From assembly GCA_965197525.1 (NCBI GenBank), contig OZ240211.1, positions 928,001 to 992,000 on the forward strand: DNA of 64,000 nt. The letters run 5' to 3'. A program made the translations under genes and the position numbers. Shown piece after piece: positions 57,617 to 64,000 of this stretch. Every line of letters starts with the position of its first letter. The stretch's first letter is position 1. A model generated the notes under the pieces. It had not been told where the DNA came from. It ran no database searches and saw nothing but the letters and a program-made list of their open reading frames with translations. This stretch comes from Nitrosopumilus sp. (GTDB lineage Archaea > Thermoproteota > Nitrososphaeria > Nitrososphaerales > Nitrosopumilaceae).

Positions 57617-59361
57617 TCATTGTTGACAGGACAGTAGAGATAAACAGCTCCACTACAAACGGCCCCACGCTATCAGACACTGACCGTTTCGGCTTCTCCG
57701 TTGCTTCCATAGGCGACCTTGACGGCGACGGGGTGACAGACCTTGCAGTTGGTGCTTATCGAGATGACGACAGCGGATCAAGCCGCGGCGCAGTACACAT
57801 AATGTTTATGAATACTGACGGTACGGTAGACAGCACAGTAGAGATAAACGACTCCACTACAAACGGTCCCACGCTATCAGGCTATGACAGTTTCGGCATC
57901 TCCGTTGCTTCCATAGGCGACCTTGACGGCGACGGGGTGACAGACCTTGCAGTTGGTGCTTATCGAGATGACGACGGCGGATCAAACCGCGGCGCAGTAC
58001 ACATAATGTTTATGAATACAAACGGTACGGTAGACAGCACAGTAGAGATAAACGACTCCACTACAAACGGTCCCACGCTATCAGACTATGACAGTTTCGG
58101 CTTCTCCGTTGCTTCCATAGGCGACCTTGACGGCGACGGGGTGACAGACCTTGCAGTTGGTGCTTTTCTAGATGAGGACGGCGGATCAAACCGCGGCGCA
58201 GTACACATAATGTTTATGAATACAAACGGTACGGTAGACAGCACAGTAGAGATAAACGACTCCACTACAAACGGTCCCACGCTATCAGGCTATGACAGTT
58301 TCGGCATCTCCGTTGCTTCCATAGGCGACCTTGACGGCGACGGGGTGACAGACCTTGCAGTTGGTGCTCATCAAGATGACGACGGCGGATCAAACCGCGG
58401 CGCAGTACACATAATGTTTATGAATACAAACGGTACGGTAGACAGCACAGTAGAGATAAACGACTCCACTACAAACGGTCCCACGCTATCAAACGGTGAC
58501 CGTTTCGGCAGATCCGTTGCTTCCATAGGCGACTTTGACGGCGACGGGGTGACAGACCTTGCAGTTGGTGCTTATCGAGATGACGACGGCGGACAAGACC
58601 GCGGCGCAGTACACATAATGTTTATGAATACAAACGGTACGGTAAACAGCACAGTAGAGATAAACGACTCCACTACAAACGGTCCCACGCTATCAAACAG
58701 TGACTTTTTCGGCGTCTCCGTTGCTTCCATAGGCGACCTTGACGGCGACGGGGTGACAGACCTTGCAGTTGGCGCTTATCGAGACGACGACGGCGGACCA
58801 GACCGCGGCGCCATCAATGTCATATATCTTGACAAGGAGGTAGACGAGTCAGGCAAACCTTTGGAATCATTTGTTGATGCGGCCATACTGCTCAAGTCCA
58901 AAAAGTCAGGTACCGCACCACCATCTGTGGATACACTTGAGATAAACGGCCAGAGTTACAATGTTCAAAACAGGGTAAACCATCATCCCACGCCGCTAGA
59001 GGTTGCAGTAGACCAACCCATATTCATGAGTTTTACGGCACACGACAGACTTGACATACTCTACTTTGCAGTATACCTGAACCTGCAAGATGATGACATA
59101 TCATACACGAACAGTGATACATACGTGGAATACAACAGAGGCAAGACCAACATAGTTGATCCTCATAACCTGTTCTCAGATGCCTCCATCACTATATCAA
59201 CTGACCCTGATGATCGCAATAAAAAGACAGTCACACTTGATATCACGTTTGCAGATGCGATAGGGAATACCAACATGGTAATCAGAACTTGGAACGCAGA
59301 TCAAAAATCTTCAATCGTCATAATCACTGATGTGTTAAATGTCATACATCTGCAAGTAGGC

Positions 59362-59451
59362 CCAGAGCCCCAAGTAACAGGGGTGGACCCAGAGCCCCAA
59401 GTAACAGGGGTGGATCCAGAGCCCCAAGTAACAGGGGTGGACCCAGAGCCA
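59362..59451 (+). repeat. 27-bp repeat (PEPQVTGVD) x3 plus partial
   Basis: ccagagccccaagtaacaggggtgga(c/t). Confidence 0.92.
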
Positions 59452-59795
59452 CAGTTACCGGCAGTACCTAATCCGGAACTTGGGACTGAGACTTTTGCAG
59501 ATGACTTTGACTATGACCGTGCATTGCTTGTACTGCGCATGTGGTCTGGATTTGAATCTGAGATAGCAGATGACAATCAACTGCTAGCTGTTATGGGCCT
59601 GACTCACATGGGAACAGACATACCTGCCTGGGTCATGACTGATCTTGCACCACTAGTGGTAAAAGGACTGATAACCCTAGATGAGTTTAGAGTTGCATTA
59701 GAGTACGTGATGGGGAATACCTGAAGAAGCATCTAGTTTTTCAGATACTATTTTAAAAAATCTCATTGATGATTCTTTTTTTACATTTACAAGCG

Positions 59796-61021
59796 GCGTT
59801 GTCCAAGCTTTGAACCCAAAATCGATGAAAAGCTCAAAGATCAGATCACACGCCGCTTGATGAACAAAAAACGTGATACAAACACGAAACACAGCAAGAG
59901 CAAGAAACGACGCAAAAGCAAGAGCGCCAACGACAAGAAATGGGAACACCACGCCGGATACTACAAGGAATACGAGACATGGAGGAGTGGGGGAGGGAGA
60001 GGGCCACGTAACTAGATTGCAAATCAAGGCCCTCACTGCCATGCTGTATGAAATCTACCCATCTGCCACTCCTCCTAGCAAGGTGCGTATGATCCCATAC
60101 ATGGTATGCCTTACAGACCGGGAGTTCTGCTGCTATTCATACCGTCAACATGTCTCATACCTGCAGACACATCAGGGAACACTGCACATGTATGGATTAA
60201 AAACCATTCCATCAAAATCCTGCCTGCATCATGCGGCCACCATAATGACAGATTATGAGTGGCTACACGAGATAATAGAAAGGCAGACAAGATCCCATGC
60301 ACACGGATCACTACTCGGCGATGCCACAGGGATTGCCATCATCAGGTATGCAGAGTGGGATGATGCCAAAAAGGGTCATCTCTAGGCGTGAATTCGTCAA
60401 ACTGCACATAGTTACCGATGTAAAGGGAAGAAAAATCGTATCCTGCGTAGTTACCCCCGGACGGGCGCATGACTCGCCAGTGTTCCGGGATATGATCAAA
60501 AAGGTTCCTGACGGCACAGGATGCGTGATGCTTGATGCAGGATATGACGCACACAAGAACTACAAGATGATTCGTAATACTGGCAGGAAGCCTGTGATCT
60601 GTACCCGCAAGAACCATGTGGTAAAAGGATTCGGTCCAAGGGCAGAGATGCTCAGGTGGCAGGAGAGGAATCCCAAGGAGTTTGAAGATACGTACCACCA
60701 GCGTAGTATAGTGGAATCGGTGTTCTCATCATTCAAGCACAGGTTTACTGCGGTTGTTCGTGCAAAGAAGAAGATGGCAACGCAGAGACTGCAGCTGCTC
60801 CTCCGGTGCATCTGTTACAACCTGCTGTCATAGTGGAACGGCGTAAAAAACACGTGTTGTGTGTCTAGCGTATGCTGTACAACCATGCAACGTTTTGGTG
60901 CAAGATGCACCCCATCATATCCTGCTGCTAGAAAATTCCGCCACATACAGGGAATCAAAAGCAATAAAGTGCAGATAAAATGACATCTAATAGACTTGAA
61001 AAAATAAGATTTGGACAACGC
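59796..61021 (+). mobile_element. IS5-family element with frameshifted transposase (ORFs 59873-60385 and 60297-60833); ends tentative
   Basis: GDATGI, FVKLH, LDAGYD, RS.VESVFS..K motifs; 11-bp inverted repeat GCGTTGTCCAA at 59796 and 61011-61021; no TSD found. Confidence 0.7.
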
Positions 61022-61363
61022 TCCGTAGATGGAAAAACTCTTAAGAATTCTGCCATTCAATACAATATCAAACTAGATAAAAAAGGATCTCAAATTTTAG
61101 AAGAGTTGGAACAAAAACAAGATTCAGACAAAGATGACATTGACGATGCCATATATTTTGCTTATAATTTGTTAAATGGAAAAACTCCACGTGAAATGGA
61201 GATTATATCTTCAGTTCATTACATACACTCATATTATAATTCTATAACTGCTGAAAGAATTTGGGAAACAATTAACATGTTAAAGCCTACTGCAAATTTT
61301 AAACAAGTTGACGTTGAATATGCATTAAAAAAATTACGTGCAAAGAAGATAATTAAACATTAA
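60980..61363 (+). CDS. Hypothetical protein, possibly the 3' part of an IS-interrupted gene
   Basis: AT-rich ORF; EMEIISSVHYI segment; first 14 codons fall inside the tentative IS end. Confidence 0.4.
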   Translation: MTSNRLEKIRFGQRSVDGKTLKNSAIQYNIKLDKKGSQILEELEQKQDSDKDDIDDAIYFAYNLLNGKTPREMEIISSVHYIHSYYNSITAERIWETINMLKPTANFKQVDVEYALKKLRAKKIIKH

Positions 61364-61539
61364 ATGAATTTCTTCCCAGATAACTATATGTAAGGAATAC
61401 GAAAAGCAATTATTTCGGTATTTGACATTAATATCTCGGGTGCTTGTGTTTCAAGTTACCATAGACACTAACAAAAACTAGAGATTGCAATCTCGTATAT
61501 CTTAACCGTCCACTCGAAGATCAAAAAGAATACAAAAAA

Positions 61540-62235
61540 TCAATCCACAGAATCAGAGTTAACCTGTATCTTAATTGATACTCTTGAACCGTCTCGTAAT
61601 TTTGCAGTATCCCTCAGACAGACATCAGATATTAACTCCACGATGGTATCATCATGATGTGTGCGCTCAAGTATGATCAGCTGACATCCTACCGTATCAT
61701 TGAGACGGGCATTAAAACATTTGACCCAACCATATGTACGCTTTCCATCAGAGAAGCTCTTGATTTTAATACCGTCAAGGATATCAAACTGTCTTACTGC
61801 CTCTTGGTGAATTTTTTGAGTTAGTTTAACATTAAGGGTCCCAGGGAATGGAACGTATCCAATCTTTGATTTGAATTGTTTGGTATACCCACTTAATCCC
61901 ATATAGTATGCACCTTCACCCATTCCAGAAACTAGTGTGCCTTTCAGTTCTACGACAGATGGCGCAGAGTCCAGACTTTTTTGTAAAATAGACGAGAGTT
62001 TGACCATCTCAGATAACCCCTTTGGTGTAATTTTGACAGATATGTGTCGTCCGGTAATTATTCGCTCTATGAACTTGTTTTGCTCTAATTCAAGAAGATG
62101 TTTTGATACTGCCTGCTGTGATTTGGAGATATTTTTTCCGATAATAGAGGTGGTAGTATTAACATAGTTGTATTTTGCACCTTGAGACAGTAGGTAGGAT
62201 AGAGTTAGAATGTGCTGAATCTTCAGTTCAGTCAT
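61540..62235 (-). CDS. ribK: CTP-dependent riboflavin kinase with N-terminal wHTH
   Basis: G.LVSGMGEG.YY, GYVPFPGTLN, ERTHH...VELIS..CLR. Confidence 0.92.
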   Translation of the reverse strand: MTELKIQHILTLSYLLSQGAKYNYVNTTTSIIGKNISKSQQAVSKHLLELEQNKFIERIITGRHISVKITPKGLSEMVKLSSILQKSLDSAPSVVELKGTLVSGMGEGAYYMGLSGYTKQFKSKIGYVPFPGTLNVKLTQKIHQEAVRQFDILDGIKIKSFSDGKRTYGWVKCFNARLNDTVGCQLIILERTHHDDTIVELISDVCLRDTAKLRDGSRVSIKIQVNSDSVD

Positions 62236-62244
62236 TTATACACT

Positions 62245-63387
62245 CTAAGATATGCCAAGATCGGTGAATGTTTTAAGTGTCAGCCCATCAGAGTTTGATA
62301 GTTTAGCAATTCTATGCCCAACGACATATTCGATATCAGCATTTCGTGCGCCTTCTAACAGTCTTTGAGTGATAATACCGTCTAGTAACAAGTATTTGAT
62401 GCCAGATTGTGTGGATAATTTGCTAACGACTTCACTGATTGGGACTTTAAAGATCTCAGTTTGATCACTGTCTAATGCAACCGCCTCTAGTGTTTCATTG
62501 AGAGCCGGGAAGACTTTGTTTGCCATATCTGCAAGAGACTGGTCGTCTGCATTCTGTAACACAGGTGAAGGTTTCCCATCTCTGATCTCATCTGCAACGG
62601 GTCTTAAGATTTCATCAATTCTCTGAGGAGTTAATTCCTCGACTTCTACACCTGTATCTGCTTGTAATTCATAGTCTAGGGTTACAACAGACTTTAGCTC
62701 CTTGAGAATAAATCCACCTGCTCTGTCACCATCAAGAAATGCAACAACCGTATCCTTAGAGTTACACAACTCTTTGATAGATTCATCTATCTTTGCGCCC
62801 TCGATTGCAAGTACGTTATCATATCCAGCTCGTAAGAGATTGATAACATCAGCTCTTCCTTCAACTAGTATTACCCAGTTTGAATCAAAGACGCCGGAAC
62901 TACAAGTTAATTTTGATGGGCCGTATGTAGATAGTTTCCCAGTATCGCCTTGATGAACGTCATTTAACATGCTCTCGCCTTCACTAACAGTTTTAGTTGC
63001 CCATTTTTGCTTGATCTCTTTTGCACGTTTTACAATCTCATCTTTCTTTGCAGCGCGTACATCATCGATAGCATCTAATTGGAATTTGCAATCAAATGGG
63101 CCTACTTTGTCAATGCTCTCAATTCCTGCAGCAATTAATGCACATGTATCAATATCGGTGCTCATTGGAATTAACGCATCACCGTTAGTAGTGTTAGATG
63201 TAGATCGAGTATTGACTTCGATACGACCTACTTTGGACACTCTCTGAAGCTCATTAAGATTCATCTCTGGGCCTAACAGTCCTTCTGTTTGACCAAAGAT
63301 GGCTCCGATTATGTCTGCTCGTTCAACGAGTCCATCAACGTCATAGGAAAGTTTAACATGATATTTGACAATTCCTGATTGAGGCAT
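62245..63387 (-). CDS. dnaG: Archaeal DnaG-like primase / exosome-associated protein
   Basis: G.VE.ADIIGAIFGQTEGLLG, VEGRADV, DGDRAG (TOPRIM). Confidence 0.95.
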   Translation of the reverse strand: MPQSGIVKYHVKLSYDVDGLVERADIIGAIFGQTEGLLGPEMNLNELQRVSKVGRIEVNTRSTSNTTNGDALIPMSTDIDTCALIAAGIESIDKVGPFDCKFQLDAIDDVRAAKKDEIVKRAKEIKQKWATKTVSEGESMLNDVHQGDTGKLSTYGPSKLTCSSGVFDSNWVILVEGRADVINLLRAGYDNVLAIEGAKIDESIKELCNSKDTVVAFLDGDRAGGFILKELKSVVTLDYELQADTGVEVEELTPQRIDEILRPVADEIRDGKPSPVLQNADDQSLADMANKVFPALNETLEAVALDSDQTEIFKVPISEVVSKLSTQSGIKYLLLDGIITQRLLEGARNADIEYVVGHRIAKLSNSDGLTLKTFTDLGIS

Positions 63388-63534
63388 AAATTCTTCATCT
63401 CCTTTATCATTATACAGTTAGTCACTTTTCTGGATATATGAGGGTATCGCATTAGTTTGTCTAAAATTAAAAATTTTTTGAAAAATGCAGTAAAAAGTAG
63501 AAGTATAGAAAAATGAAAAATAGCGATTTTGTGA

Positions 63535-63885
63535 TTATTCAGTACTAAAAGAGTGACCGCATGAACAGGACTTTGTAACATTTGGATTGTTAATCTTAAA
63601 TCCAGAGCCCATAAGGCTTTCAATATAGTCTACGCTTGCACCTTGTAGATGATCAACACTGTAGCTGTCGACGAGTAGCTTCACTCCGTTCTCTTCCATG
63701 ACTATGTCATCATCTTCTGGTGCTTTCTCAAAGCCCATTCCATAAGATAGACCGGAACAGCCGCCACCTTGTACGTACACTCTAAGGTACTCTGGAGATT
63801 CGGCTTCTTCCTTCATAAACTCATGAATCTTTTCAGCTGCTTTGGCAGTGACTGTGATCATTTTTTGTGTTTGCTCAGTTGCCAT
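63535..63885 (-). CDS. IscA/ErpA/HesB Fe-S assembly accessory protein
   Basis: GGGCSG.SY, F.INNPN..KSCSCG.SF. Confidence 0.95.
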   Translation of the reverse strand: MATEQTQKMITVTAKAAEKIHEFMKEEAESPEYLRVYVQGGGCSGLSYGMGFEKAPEDDDIVMEENGVKLLVDSYSVDHLQGASVDYIESLMGSGFKINNPNVTKSCSCGHSFSTE

Positions 63886-64000
63886 TATAAGTAAAAATAG
63901 CGATTTAAATTATAATAATCTTTTCCTACGAGGTAGGCGGTGTAAATGTAGCGTAGAGCAAGACGTGATCTGTGCTCAAAGTCGCACGCTCAGATCATGG

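Larger units (their letters stand above)
55122..59724 (+). pseudogene. Second giant FG-GAP surface-protein gene, split by two identical 1-bp deletions (pieces 55122-55889, about 55890-56296, about 56297-59724)
   Basis: Signal peptide; 6+6 FG-GAP repeats; duplicated Ig-like domain; C-terminal IPAWVM..LAPLVVKG.IT.DEF..AL.Y module; acggta-acagc instead of acggtaaacagc/acggtagacagc near 55877 and 56285. Confidence 0.8.

Noticed and set aside
60362-60385. Programmed -1 frameshift at AAAAAG in the IS5 transposase
   Set aside because: The downstream ORF is in the +1 frame, so a classical -1 shift does not join them.

Overview
Archaeal DNA from an ammonia-oxidising thaumarchaeote (Nitrosopumilaceae-like). 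Support: thaumarchaeal nirK, LysW-type arg/lys cluster, split MetH, divergent FtsZ, CFI-box-CTERM and PEFG-CTERM proteins. The core (about 10.9-52.7 kb and 61.5-63.9 kb) is housekeeping: NAD synthesis, RNAP E'/Spt4, ribosomal proteins, Met/Arg/Lys synthesis, dnaG, ribK. Both ends carry giant FG-GAP-repeat surface proteins and IS elements (three IS630, two IS5-family); host association is suggested but is inference only. Two results stand out. (1) Two diverged tnpB genes with intact RuvC motifs are each the only gene inside a 1.3-kb element bounded by terminal inverted repeats starting GG(T/C)TCTGT and flanked by perfect 8-bp target-site duplications. This is DDE-type (IS6/IS5-like) end architecture, not the TSD-free ends of IS200/IS605/IS607. 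(2) In the 23 near-identical 204-bp FG-GAP repeats, variation is concentrated in a few codons whose first two bases vary while the third pyrimidine stays fixed (NNC/NNT). This resembles adenine-directed DGR mutagenesis, although no reverse transcriptase is in the window. All calls come from motif recognition by eye; no database search was run.
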